A stretch of 64,000 nucleotides of DNA, from the NCBI RefSeq assembly GCF_001949145.1, contig NW_019091355.1:1052083-1116082 (forward strand), in the 5' to 3' direction. Of the stretch, positions 25,301 through 37,281 are shown piece after piece; position 1 is the stretch's first letter, and every line of letters begins with the position of its first letter. The stretch is from Acanthaster planci. Its lineage: Eukaryota. A program made the translations under genes and the position numbers. The notes beneath the pieces are model-generated. The model did not search any database and was not told where the DNA came from. It saw only the letters and a list, made by a program, of their open reading frames with translations.

Positions 25301-28300
25301 CAAGCCAAGTGCAGGAGAAAGCGAGAAAAAAAAAAAAGGTCGGAACGTGCCTCGTTAATCAAGCAACTTCACCAACAGCAGCTGATCTGAGCTGCAATAA
25401 ATGAGGCAGGCAGGAAATGGCAGACGGACGCAGGAAGGGTGACACACAGGGGGCTTAATGCAATTAGAAGGGGGTAGAAATGTTTGCGTGTGTGTGGGTG
25501 AGTGTGGGGGGGGGTTAAGGGTGGGGAGAGACGTGTTGGATGAATCAGCAGGAGGGAATTGCACAGCATGCACGGATACCCATCTATACATGGAACTTTT
25601 AAAAAAAATTTGTTTCAGTTTTGATTTCAAAATAGCTGAAGTTGAGTGTTTATTTTTCTCAACAGAATGGATCAATGCAATGTGCTCCCAAGAGCAAGAT
25701 GAAAATTAGCACAGCAGCGTAAATGGGTACAGAGCCTTCATTATTAGTAAGTAGAAGAGTGACTTCCTAGGGGGCGCACTTTCAAGAACACGGAGGGTGC
25801 TCTTGAAAGAACAGAGAAGGGTGTTCTTTGGAGACATCCACGGTACATTCTGAAATAAGATATTTGAAATCCCCTCCGTATTGTGGTGCTCCACTTCCGA
25901 TGATTAACAGTCAGTGAAATTTTGCCTGTAGGCTAATATTACGGCAGCGTTAGGGTCGTGTTCTATGAAAACAAATGGCTTGCGTGTTTATATGCCAGCG
26001 AAGTGATCAGGCAGATCTGCATTGGTACAGTAAAAAGATCACGCTACAGCAACTCAAGACGGCTAGCCACTGCAGGCTGGTTGTCTTGAAAATACATTCA
26101 AATCAAACCAACAAGAATGATTTGCTGAACGTGATTCGCTGAATATCATGCCCTTGTGCTATATTTGACAATCGGAATGTATCACTCACGTGAGTGATGA
26201 AGCTCATTCCATGTGGCTTTTGACAAGCTGTTGGGAAACCTGACTAAATGACATGTGTGACTTGCAAATGTTTACAATTACCAGCAACTAACCATGGGCA
26301 TGGCTGAGAGTAAAAATTCCATAAAAATTTGTACAAATAGTTGATACAATAGTTCATCAACTCCAAGCATTTTTTACACAAAATAATAGCAAATCTGGTT
26401 ATTATGCATGATCCATTGCTGGGAATAATGTTAACACTTGTCTTAGTGGCTGGTATAGGCTAGGCCATTACTAACTGGCAAGCCTAGGCCCCTACTTAGT
26501 GTTAGGCCGGAACACATCAAACATGTTCAAAGTCAGCTCAGTTACATTCCTACATAGTGAAACCTTCAAAATGGATTAAACACTTCTGTATCACAAGATA
26601 ACATCCTGCACCCTTATCTAAAAAATGTACATGACGAAGAATTTGTAGGTTCGGTTTTAGTGAGAAAACAAACCCGTTTTATTTCGAACTAACTTGCACA
26701 ACAAACACAGCCAACGGCTCATCTCAACCCTTTGTTTTCAGGACGCTGAACACAGGCAACTTCGATAACTAAGCCACTGAATGCCGGGATGTTGATTAAA
26801 AACCACAGAGGAACTTACACTGTGGATTCAGCATGTCATCACGATCAGGGAAACTGTGTTTACCGGTCGGGAAATGACCTCCAACCCTCAACAAAACTCG
26901 AGCAAGTCGACGGCAAACACCCGCGGGATAGACGCTTGCATACAATCGCGAGCATGCTGATCGCCAGGAATAATGCCGACAATTGAGGGCGCTGTTCGTC
27001 GCACCGGTTCGCGCTTCGATTGCCAGCGGCAAGCGACGCGCAACAATGAAGAGGGCGCTTTGCCAATTTAATAGCGTCACATTTTTACATTCTGACTGCG
27101 CTCACGTCTTTGACTTTCGCAGCAGATATTGACTGATCACTCGAAAGGATACGTTGAAGATATTAAACAATTAAGAAACTCTTCTCTAGAGCTGGTCTGA
27201 AGTCAGTTGCACTGAAAATCTGACCCCCAAAAAACGCCTGACTGTCGTTCGGCGTGCACGACCGTAAAAGCTAAAAATACTTCAACCATTTCGACACAAG
27301 GAATTGTTAGCATGCAAAAAATCTAAGCAACAGGAATCAATTTGAAGTATCCATAGGGCGTTAATTACGTGGTGAGGAGGAACTCAGTAAAAGCCACAGA
27401 TCTCATTCAAGACGCTGGAAGGATTTACAGGATAAACACAGAAACTTCCGCAGACCGATCCGGTTGCAAGAATCAGGACCCATTGCAGTGTCCCCACGTG
27501 CTTGAACAAGAGATGCACATTGAATGCTTCCTCATCAGCCAATGGGAGCGCACTGCTAACCAACTTGAAATCACGCGCTCGTCAAGCTCAGGAATGCGCG
27601 CCTGAGTGACGGGGGACATAGCAGTAATGGCGTCAGCGAATCGGTCTATAGTTGAGTAAAACCCACTGTCCAATGATCCTACCTCTATACACCGACCGAA
27701 TCATTACCAATCAAGCGCCTAGGAAGGCTACTAAACAAGTAAAGAAAGAAAACAAAATTAACATAAGTTCCTGCACGGCCCCCCTTGAAAAACCGGTTTG
27801 AGTGAACCTCACCTGTGTTTTTTTGCGAAGTTCCACGCATTTTCTCATCTTGCAGATCTGGTGACCAGTCCTACGATTCTTACAACTCGAGCAGTCTCCA
27901 CAGTTCTGCTTGGTCATGCAAGGTTCGCAAACCCCGCATCGCTTTCGCTTCTTCTTCTTGCTGCCCGAGGCGTTAGAACCGTCTGCCATGTTACCGGGAC
28001 TGGTGGCTCCGTTGTCGCTCTGGTTGGCCGACAGCGATCCATCGCTGTGGTTAGGGGAGAACAAGGGATTGTCTTTGGGCGAGCCAGGGGAGGAACCACT
28101 GCTGGGAAGTGGGCAGGTTCGGGGAATGTCGATCTTAATGGGTGCTGAGGAACTGAATCTGGAGACTGCCACTCCGACGGGGAAGATGGGCTGCAAAAGT
28201 TGCGGCTGATTCACGACAACGCCCGAAGTTGGTGCAACGGCTGTTTGCTGCTTGTGGGCCTGCGGGCGCGACGACGGGAATGGCCGTAAGTTATCGGAGC

Positions 28301-29510
28301 CTCCTAAGTCGGAATCCTGGCCAAGTTTTGAATCTGTCTTCTGCTGGCCGTTCAGTGCCCAACGCAGTTTCGGCACGGCCACGCCGAAGGCCGATGAAGC
28401 TTCGTCGTGACGGATGTGGGTATCCCGTCTCTTCGCTGAGGCGTCCGGTTCGTGAGCTTCTGATTGGGCCAGGCGGGCTTCAGAAGTCCCTGCGAGGGCA
28501 TGGGTTCCCCTGGGCGGCCTCAGCGAAGCCCCAAGTCCCGCATCCAGTGTCTTCTCGATCATGCTGGCTATGGTGAGACCAGCGGACATCTCAGATCCTG
28601 ATTTGGGCCGCTTGGGCTTTGGCTCAACCCGGGCGTCATCATCACCGTGCTTGCGACTATGTCCGTTCTCCCCACAGGGTGACGATAGAATCACAGTGTT
28701 TTCAGCTGACAACGGTATCATTTCACTCTTCTCCGAGGATGTAGATTCTCTGCGTCCAGTAAATGCGTTGGAGTTCTTGTCAAGCTTGGCATACTTGGAG
28801 TCCTGTTCACTCCCAGCCGAAGCGGGAGAATCCCTGGGTGACTTAGCCAGCTTTCGCTTGTTGCCGTTCGCTTTGTCTCTCTTCTCCTTCTTGGGCGTCG
28901 CACCGTCTTCCTTCGCGGTGGTTCCTTGCTGGTCGGTGGATGTAACCTGCTTACTCTTGCTGCTATAAGTTTTCTTCCCTTTGTCCTTGGAGTTCGAGTG
29001 TTTCACAGCTGATTCCTCTGGGGCTTCGGGTGAGGCACTGCCCGCCTCTGCTGGGCTCATCCCAGGCCCCTTGGTCGTGTTATCGTTGGAGTCTCTTTCC
29101 TCGGTGTTAAGAACAGCTGCATATTTCTTTCTGCGTAGTTCCTCTTCCTTCTCGGCTTCCCTCCACTCCTTCAGGAGCGTCTCTTTTCTGCTCTCCTCTT
29201 TGACTTTTCTCCCAGAGTCTGGTTTAGTCGGGTCCTTCTTAGTCGGCGGCGTCTTGGATGACGCCGTCTTCTTGGTGTCAATGTCCTTGATGATGGGCAC
29301 CCGCAACTCCACGTTGTCGTCGTCAATGCCTTCCTCCCAGGGGTCAGTCTTGGGGCACTTGGCCGCCTTGGCGGCGGGAGGGCGGTATTTGTCCTCAGGC
29401 CGTTCGTCTGTGGCCAAGTTGTCCTCCAGCAGTGTTCGGCGAATGAGCGCCTCCACGAGATTTCCTGAAGCCATCTGTAGAAACGCCTGGCCTTCGCCTG
29501 CTTTCAGCAT
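2133..29510 (-). CDS. TET: TET methylcytosine dioxygenase (CXXC + Cys-rich + DSBH), spliced model of 10 coding exons, about 2063 aa
   Basis: Exons 29510-27813, 20262-20170, 9289-7855, 7504-7420, 7024-6931, 6621-6413, 6008-5855, 5309-5220, 4896-4759 and 4328-2133 join in frame with GT-AG boundaries (6192 nt including the stop). Hallmark motifs: CXXC finger, [38 protein letters not shown]-terminal VTGPYQKWV. Confidence 0.95.
4759..4896 (-). CDS. TET: TET DSBH exon with the Fe(II)-binding HxD motif ([19 protein letters not shown])
   Basis: Acceptor ttatcag|GTT and donor GTG|GTAAGT; 138 nt. Confidence 0.97.
5220..5309 (-). CDS. TET: TET exon ([30 protein letters not shown])
   Basis: Acceptor tcgtcag|GAG and donor CAG|GTTTGT; 90 nt, phase 0-0. 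Confidence 0.95.
5588..5659 (-). repeat. tRNA-derived element (SINE head or tRNA pseudogene) in a TET intron
   Basis: Minus strand reads AGCTCAGTGGTCGAGTGGTTAAGACGTCTGCACTAGTAAGCAGGAGGTCGTGGGTTCGAGTCCCACCCGAGT. It has an A box (TGGTCGAGTGG), a B box (GGTTCGAGTCC) and a perfect T arm GTGGG/CCCAC, but a mismatched acceptor stem. Confidence 0.75.
5855..6008 (-). CDS. TET: TET exon ([51 protein letters not shown])
   Basis: Hand-translated. Acceptor catttgcag|A and donor AAG|GTATCC; 154 nt; conserved [13 protein letters not shown] motif. Confidence 0.95.
6413..6621 (-). CDS. TET: TET Cys-rich exon ([10 protein letters not shown]...GHHCE...RRCAVNEE)
   Basis: Acceptor gtgttag|ATC and donor AGA|GTAAGT; 209 nt. 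Confidence 0.95.
6931..7024 (-). CDS. TET: TET Cys-rich exon ([31 protein letters not shown])
   Basis: Hand-translated, not in the ORF track. Acceptor ctcccag|G and donor TGG|GTGAGT; 94 nt. Confidence 0.95.
7420..7504 (-). CDS. TET: TET Cys-rich exon ([29 protein letters not shown])
   Basis: Acceptor gatacag|AG and donor AAG|GTGCGC; 85 nt, phase 1 to 2; conserved PYYTHLG motif. Confidence 0.95.
7855..9289 (-). CDS. TET: TET large low-complexity exon (Pro/Ser/His-rich) ending at the start of the Cys-rich domain
   Basis: Acceptor ttcctgtgcag|AAT (phase 0). Ends EMPDCGCL-G with donor TAG|GTGAGT (phase 1). Lies within ORF 7604..9415. Confidence 0.9.
15948..16116. mobile_element. Non-autonomous Tc1/mariner(pogo)-type MITE
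   Basis: Imperfect TIRs of about 23 bp (CAGTCGAACCTCGTTAATAAGAG versus CAGTCGAATGTCATTAATGAGAG on the opposite strand), flanked by TA at 15946-47 and 16117-18. Confidence 0.75.
20170..20262 (-). CDS. TET: TET small internal exon (93 nt, [31 protein letters not shown])
   Basis: Acceptor ttgattttgatttctttaacgccaacag|GCT and donor AAG|GTGGGT. 31 open codons, phase 0-0, compatible with both flanking exons. GC-rich relative to the surrounding intron. Confidence 0.75.
27813..29510 (-). CDS. TET: TET coding exon 1: long N-terminal region ending in the CXXC zinc finger
   Basis: Acceptor gtgttcag|G ATG (exon starts at 29511, ATG at 29510). A second in-frame acceptor, tttctacag|ATG, lies at 29474. 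Ends [47 protein letters not shown] with donor CAG|GTGAGG, phase 0. The start codon is uncertain because upstream exons were not found. Confidence 0.9.
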
Positions 29511-32500
29511 CCTGAACACGGAAAGAGGAAAAAACAAACCACTGAGTTCAAAGACGACGAACAATTGAAATGGAGAAAGAACACAAACCCATGCCACGAC
29601 CGCAAATCCATTTTTAACCCTTTAACACACTACAATGCTGTCTTATCTGCAACCTTTTACAGGCAATCGCGTACAGCATCTGCATCATTAATTTTCCTCT
29701 ACCGGCCACCTGAAGCACTGAAGAAATAGAGCGCCCCCAATGACAGATTATTTCTTATTTTTAATTCCCCACTTGAGGACGGGGTTGAACGCAACCCCCT
29801 CTATCGATAGGAAAGAAACCATCAATAGGCACTATTTTACAAAACTACTTCACCACAATCCAATACGATAAAATCATCAGTGCCGGCGTCCCTGCCCCCC
29901 CTCCTTCAATTTGTCAGCTACCGCTTCCACGGGAATTTACGACCAGGCAACCCTTGGCATGTTTGCACAGGCTGAGGCTAAACGTCCCTGCACGCAGACA
30001 GACGGGACTGCGGTACGGCTAAAGAAAAAAACGCCAGCAGGCGAAGCAACGCTGGAATGTTACGTATTACAATTTATTCTTTAAATTAACATTATGCGAC
30101 TGAATCTGAACTGGGGTGATAAAACCGGGGGAAACTGACCTTAAATTTGTTTCGGTTCGTTAATGAAACAGACGCCTTGGTATGAGCTCAACGGAAAAAA
30201 AAACAATTTGGGTCCAACGAACGGAAATAAGTTGTTACTTTTAGAAACGGCTTTTGAGAAGTGACTTTTTTTTCTGTATATTCCTAGCAGTAAGTTGATA
30301 TGAGGTGAAAAGGGAATTCTAGTCAAGCAATTATCGACTGAAACCTGTGGACAGAATGAACCCAATCGCAATATAAGGACTGGGTTGACATAACCGTCAC
30401 AACCACGTTCTTACTGAGCTGGTTTGGGAAAAATGCTATACATGTATTCGTGCTCCTAAATTCAAAAATATTTATCTGCTCTGAAAGGAGAAAGATCCTG
30501 CATTTAATAGGCAACCTACAAAATGCCGTGAACAGCTCTAGCAAAAGGCAGAGACTAAAACTGTTCCCATAATTCTGAACAGAGCAGGCGTACAAAAAAA
30601 CTTAGCAGGAAAAAACAGAAGGCTGAAATCAGCAGAAAGATGAATTCTAACACCTCTGATGAAACCAACCAATCAATTACACGCTAATGCAGGCCATTCA
30701 AATGCGGATCAAATACACAACAGAGCTGTTTAAAACGGTTGTTGTTTGGGAACCTTCCCCACGAAAATCACCAGCTGAGGGCGGAGCAAAGGACAAATTT
30801 GAAATTCCCAAAGCTACACAATTTTTCGGTTTAAATTTGTTTCCTTAAACAACCGCCTTGTATGATGATCCGAGTTTCAGGCAATCTACTCCGCTCTGTT
30901 TACGTGCGTCTTGCTATTACACTCTTTGCTTTCTCAGCATGTCAACGAAACAGGTCTTACATACTTTTGTGGGAGTACGGGACCCATTTGAGATTTAAAA
31001 ACAACATAACTATGGACTACTTCAGTTGGAAAACGCAAAGCAAACGCGATACCTTCTCGATAAGAATATGACCCGTCGCTTCAAACAGCGTAGAGAAGGC
31101 CACCTGACGTGCCTTTTATTTTCCAAGCGCCCTTGATATACGACTATCACACGCACCCGTCTCTCCTCGGCCTTTTAACGATTTATGCCGCATGCGGCGC
31201 GCCATAGATTGCCGGCTCGACGCACGATGCCATTTACGGCGGGATTATTGGCAACCCAACCCTGACGGGGAGGAAATCTATCACCGGCCATCTGCGTCCA
31301 ATATTTGCCTTCGAGGGAGAGCCGATTAGACGTTAAAGGGACTTTGCCGACTCTTATCTGTGGACTACGGCCTCATCAGGTTGCCCGCCGCGATTTTCGG
31401 TCCAGTCAGACTTAGTGATTATTTTCGCGCGGCCGGCAATTATCTAGACGCCATACCAAAAACCTAAAATGAAGCCATTCTACTGTACGGATGTCATCCC
31501 TCGTCTTTTAGAAATTGGGAAATCAGTAACAAAGGAAAGACAAGAAAAGACAACCCCAAATGGAGCATTCTTTTGTGTCAAAATGACATTTCCACCAAAT
31601 TCTCATAGACCAGAGAGATACATAAAACAGTCACCGGGGAAAACTTCAATTTAGCAAAAACAGCATGATGAGAGACCGCGCGCGGACGATGGTGTGTTTG
31701 TTCCATCGCTGGTTGCCTTCCGGTAGGGAAGAAACACGGTACACGGCGCCCGCCTTCAAAGCCACAAAAGAATGCCAAAATGCGGCCGAAGTTCTGGTTA
31801 ACTAAGGTACCTGGGGTTTGTCTGCGCGGCGCGCACTAGTGAAAAAGAGTTGCGTGGTTCTGTCAACTAGACACGTCCTGTTAGTATAGTGAGGTTGAGG
31901 CTAACCGAGTTGAATCATGCAACGTGAACTCATTTAAAGCTGCAACCTCGTTGACAAATCAGAATTCTAGGTGCTCAGAAGGATCGACTTTTCTTCTGAG
32001 TGATATAACAGTCGTGTTTATCGAATAAGAAAGGTGGCTGTTTCAAAGCAATGGTTAAATACTTATTGCACACAAAACGACGATCTTAATTCGCCAATGA
32101 CTATAACAGAAACCGAGACGACGAAATTTGACCCAGGCTTTAAGATTACAGAAAGTCTTCGGAGAGACCAGGTTCGTTGCGATGAACGAGGACTCATCTA
32201 ACTAGGCATACGCCACCGATGAACGAACTGTCCAATGGGAAAAAAGGTACTGCTATCAAGAAAAATCACGCACATGCTCAGTTTGCGAGAATTCAAGACG
32301 ACTGCGCAGACAAACCACAGATCGCGTCTCACTGTAAGATTTGTATTGCAAATTGATTTGCGTTGACTTCTGCAAAGAGTCGACGGAAACCCGTTCACAG
32401 CTAGCCTTAATATCCAGCAAGAATCACTTGAAATTTTTGACGCACTGAAAGCGCAACACTTCAAATTCACCGCACATTCTCACATTCAGCAGGCTCTGAT

Positions 32501-35500
32501 AATAAAACAGTTCTATAGTCTGGCACGCTTCCCCAACCCGACCGAAAGCAATCATCGAGCCGTCCTCCTGAACTTCTCAAACTGCCTATTATTCCACAAC
32601 TCAACGTGACGGACTACGCTCCGACCACGCCGAGTCAAATCCCCCAGCGGCCTTGCTACCGCGCCGTCCCGACCCCCGTGAGAGGCTCATACACCTGCGC
32701 TCCCGTAATCGGTACCGCACGCCTGCCACCCTGCACGACAACATTAAAGGGGCGCTGTCTACCCCAACCGCAGGGGTTGTTTACGTCTGAATTTTGTGAA
32801 GGAAAAAAAAACCGAGAGGTTCGACCTACAAGAATAGCGTGGGCTTTAATCTCGTGGGCCTCAGCATGCGCTCAAGTTTAATGTCGGTAGAAGTTGTGAT
32901 AAACACAAACGATACGCGGAGACAACGACCTCTACAAACGACTGGGCAAATGACGTCAAGGATTTCCATGGCTTGCAAATTTATTCCTTTAATACTAGAG
33001 GGATATATATCTGAACATTGTAGCACCTTCGTCGATTTATGGTTAAAACCGTTTTTCGTCACTGTGGGATCGAACTAAGTCGGGTGTTTAGCGCCATCAA
33101 GAGACACAAGGTGAAAGAGATAATGTGGACTCCATTGTAAACCTTATAAAATGCTGATAATTAATTTCAAGATTGTCGTGCATCCATCATGGTGAAGAAA
33201 CGTGATTACAGCACATGTAATGTAAATCTGTTTAAATGAATTTCGACTTTTGCTTTTACTACCATCAAGCGAAGAAAGCGCAGCTAATTCCGAGTTCACC
33301 AAGGAGGAGCTCCAAACGGGCTCTCAGAGCTGGGAATTTGTCTACTGTTAGTGCGTGCCCATATATTTTGTAACTACCAAGGACCAAGACCTAGCCCTAG
33401 ACCCAAGATTCTGACGTAGCCCAGCAACAGTGGGATGACTGTTTTGCTATATCGCCCTCTGCACACCAAATCGGCCGCTCAGCGTCAATAGTTAAGAACG
33501 AGTCTATCACGGACCTTTAACCTCCTACTTTATTTTGAATCATCCAGTCTCCAGGGGCGCGCTCCGCGAGGAAAGGGGGTGCAAAATACGTGGGTTTGAG
33601 TGACACGGGGAAAGAGGAAGGGGAAAAGTACACACAGTCCAATCATGTAGGGTCACATCATACGTCAACATGAATTAGTCTCCGATAACAGGCGGCGGTA
33701 GCCATCTCTTGACCGCAAATTGAGTGATACAATAAAAGGCGTACAAGTTTTCATCGGGGGAGAGATGTCACGAGCACTGTTCGTAAGTTGCTCTGAGCTG
33801 AGAACCGGCAGGTTTGGGACTGCTGAGTCTGCCGAGTGTTACTCGGTATAGCAATGCATGCGACGTCAATGCCCAATGGGTCTGTCGAAAACGATGCCAA
33901 GGCCGTTTGGGCGGTATACTGGGTCAATCGCTACAGATCGTTCGTGGTGGTGACGGATGGACAAAATGATGGAAATATGCCTTCAAAAGGTGCGCCTTCA
34001 TGCGCGATATCATTGTCTGAAGAAGCACGTGACGCTGTGCCAGATGCGCAGTAGAACTGCCCACTATACGTCTTAATTGCAGGAGCGATTGATTCATTTA
34101 TAGAAAGAAAGATCTTCAAGGAGGACTCCAAGGCATGTCTACACACAGGGTACTCAATGTATTCAGAGTTCGCAGTTTCTTGTGAACACGGGAATGTTTC
34201 CAGAGACGCCATGAAATTCACACAGAAATATGAGAAACGTCTTCCAAAACTCAGACCCAAACTCTTAAACTTGTAAAAATTTCTGAAACGAATTTCTGAA
34301 AGTTACCGAAATCTCATTTACAGCACGTGAACAAACAGTGATTTAAAAACCTTAACTTTTTCCAACGTTTACAAATAGAATTCAGAGCGAAAGCTGCTAC
34401 CAAATCCATACACGCAACAGCCGTTTATTAATAATTCCAAACTGGCCGACTATTTTGACAGCGGGAGAAAGCCAGGGCCAACTTTCGTTGGTTTATTTCG
34501 GCTGTCCTCACTTCTTAATCCCAGGCCTTGTTCGGGAAGGAAATGGCAGGGGCCGTATATCAACAATCCGAGGGGGGATAACAACGGTCACCAACGATTG
34601 ATAGCGATCTGAATATAGGAGATATTTTTTGGTTGCTTTTTGAGGTGGAAGCGGGCCGAGGGGCGTTTCCCTTCTACCTTTACGGTGGGTGGGGGGCTGT
34701 GCGTGTACAATACGTCTATTGGGCCATTTTCATAAGACCTACAGCCTAGGAAAAACGACTTGCTGAGGAAAGTCATAGGTAGAGTATTCTAGTCGATAAT
34801 AGTAAGCGTCCAATCGCGCTTTGACTACAGTCCTGTTTATTTATCTACGGTAAGTAGATGCTGTGATTATAGTCACGTTTATCACGAGTGATACAAACGA
34901 CAGAATCCTCCTTTTGATCCGTTTAAAACTCATTTTTGTGTTGCCTGTGAGTTCATGTTAAACAACACAGGTTGTTGTATGAAAAGGTTGATGCACGACA
35001 GCTCCCCCTTCCTGGGGCTCTGCGCTCGTCAGGCTATTACTACCCATGTCAGGTGTCAGACATCGGTAGTCTCGTGGCGCAAGGCCCTGGACGCAGTCTG
35101 GCCTTGAAATCGTGTGAAAAAATTCCACTGGTCTCCACGGACCTCGCGAACTTCCCCGCTGACAAACGGCGGCAGTAGTAATATCCGATAGCTATTATTG
35201 GAGGTATATACCTACGTGGTGGCTGGGTATTTTGGGCAGATTTAGAAATGAGCTGGCACGGTTGAGACGAGTATCCTGCAGATACTTGATGTGTCTGGGA
35301 TAGCATCAAATGAGCAGGGTTCGATCAGGCTGAGGGCGTGGTCATCCAGACTTAAGGCGTGGTCATAATCCCTGGTTAACACACTGATTACAATTCAACA
35401 TGTGAGTGAAAAAAATTACTGTGATTAAAGTAAGACTGCTACAAATCCTGAAAAGATGTGCACAATGTATCGGTGTGCATATGCACCAACTAATCTTCGT

Positions 35501-37095
35501 TGAACACTAACCTATGGACATCAGCACCTTCGTAGATTGTTGTTCTTAGGATGTCGCCTTCCTTGATAAAGACAACTCGGTTTTCACTGATTTTGGTAGA
35601 TCTGTGTCATGTACACATAAATAGATCCAAAGACTTTAGCTCGACTCGGTAGCCCGAGTTTCCAACCAGGCAAACGCATCGGAAAACCTCATATGTCAAA
35701 ACTGTAAGCCATTTTTCCCCATTTCCGCGGGCCGCTGGCAAATCCTTGCGATTTGTTTTCCAAGAGTTTCGCAGTTTTGATCGCGGATCTATCGACCTTG
35801 ATCCCATCTGTCTGCGAGAGCATTACTCGGCATATTGGATTTCCTCCCTGGGAACGATACCGTCAGAAGAAGAGTCACCCAAAGACTTCCGCTGACTGAA
35901 GCAACCACAGTGTACCACTGCTCCACTAGCTATCTCAGATCGGAGGTAACAGAAAGTGTATTTGTGTTCTGAGTTGTTGATGGCATTTCCATAAGAAAAA
36001 CAACAATTTCAGAAAAGCATTTTAAATACGACTGCCAAAACTAAAGACAAAACTAAAAGGTATCACGTGAACAGTACACTAACTTCCAAACAAGAAACAC
36101 TAAGAAACTACCAAGGACCCAAAGAGGTTCTTTCACTTGGTTACAAATCCTGGTGGGCCCTGACATTGACATTATAGGACTATTCTTTGCATAGTAGCCT
36201 TTTTCCCCAAACCACGCCGAAATCACATGAACTTGTTTCATAAACACAACTGCTGGTGAGGTTGGCCGTTCTACCACCGAGATCATGAAGTTACCGGCCA
36301 GGCGGACAATCTAGACTCCAGACACGCTCCAGTCCGCGCACACTGACTCATCATCTACATGGGAAATCTAACAGGAAACTTGGTTTTTCCCCAACTCTCT
36401 CCATCGTGCGCGATCCTTCGCGTAATCTGGAGCCGCGCCTGACAAAATAAAGACACCCTTGTTTTCTTGACATTTCAAGACCTGCGGCCCGCCAGCGAGT
36501 AGGTGGTGACTTGTAAACGAGCGACAATATCACCTACCCTCAAAGAGAGTAGGTGAGAGTGTCAGAGAATGTCATTATGGACAAGATGGTCAAGATACGA
36601 AACAGATGGAATAAAATCACCTGAATGCATTTTCACAGAAGCAGTTCTTAAGAACCGAAGCATGTGGAAACACAATAAAGATTTAAATCGTTCATAAAAC
36701 CTCTAGTACATTTTGATGACCCTGGGAATTTTTATTTTTTTTGGAAGCGGGTCCGTTTTCGATCCCAGGTGAACTTGGGAACGTTTTGGGCTGATCCATA
36801 TCCCTAAAACCACACCTAACGAGAGGACGTTTGATGTCACAGGCACACAGTTTGTGCAATATGACGTATACCATCGTTTCCCGTTGTAGAGAAACACAGA
36901 CAATAACAGCATCTCATAGACTTTAGCCTTCTTAATCCACACCTGGGAAAAAATGGACGGGTCTCTAGATACATGACCTTTGAACCGGCGTACATGTATA
37001 TTGTTAGAGTCATTATATGGACAAGATCGAATGCGAGAACTCGCAGAGACTGAGTATACATGTAGAATGAGGACCAGTATAGTGGTAAACATTAA

Positions 37096-37281
37096 GGGTG
37101 CGTTCGAGCGAGCTACCCGCGTTGTCACGAGTATACCCTGAGCGCTCGAACGGCTACAGAACGACCCGAGGGTCAGCGAGAGTGTACTCTCGCTACAGGG
37201 GGAATATACTCCTGTACCCGAGTGTAATGCGCACGCATCCTACTCGTGTTAACAGGAGAAACTGCGCGAACGCATGCACCC
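37096..37281. mobile_element. PIF/Harbinger-type MITE
   Basis: Ends GGGTGCGTTCG...CGAACGCATGCACCC (4-nt insertion in the right TIR), flanked by the 3-bp duplication TAA at 37093-95 and 37282-84. Confidence 0.65.

Noticed and set aside
27714..27770. Hydrophobic tail ([18 protein letters not shown]) suggesting a membrane anchor
   Set aside because: Readily explained by translating T-rich intron sequence past the donor.
27798..29568. + strand ORFs of 99-195 aa over the CXXC exon
   Set aside because: Antisense shadows of the TET reading frame.
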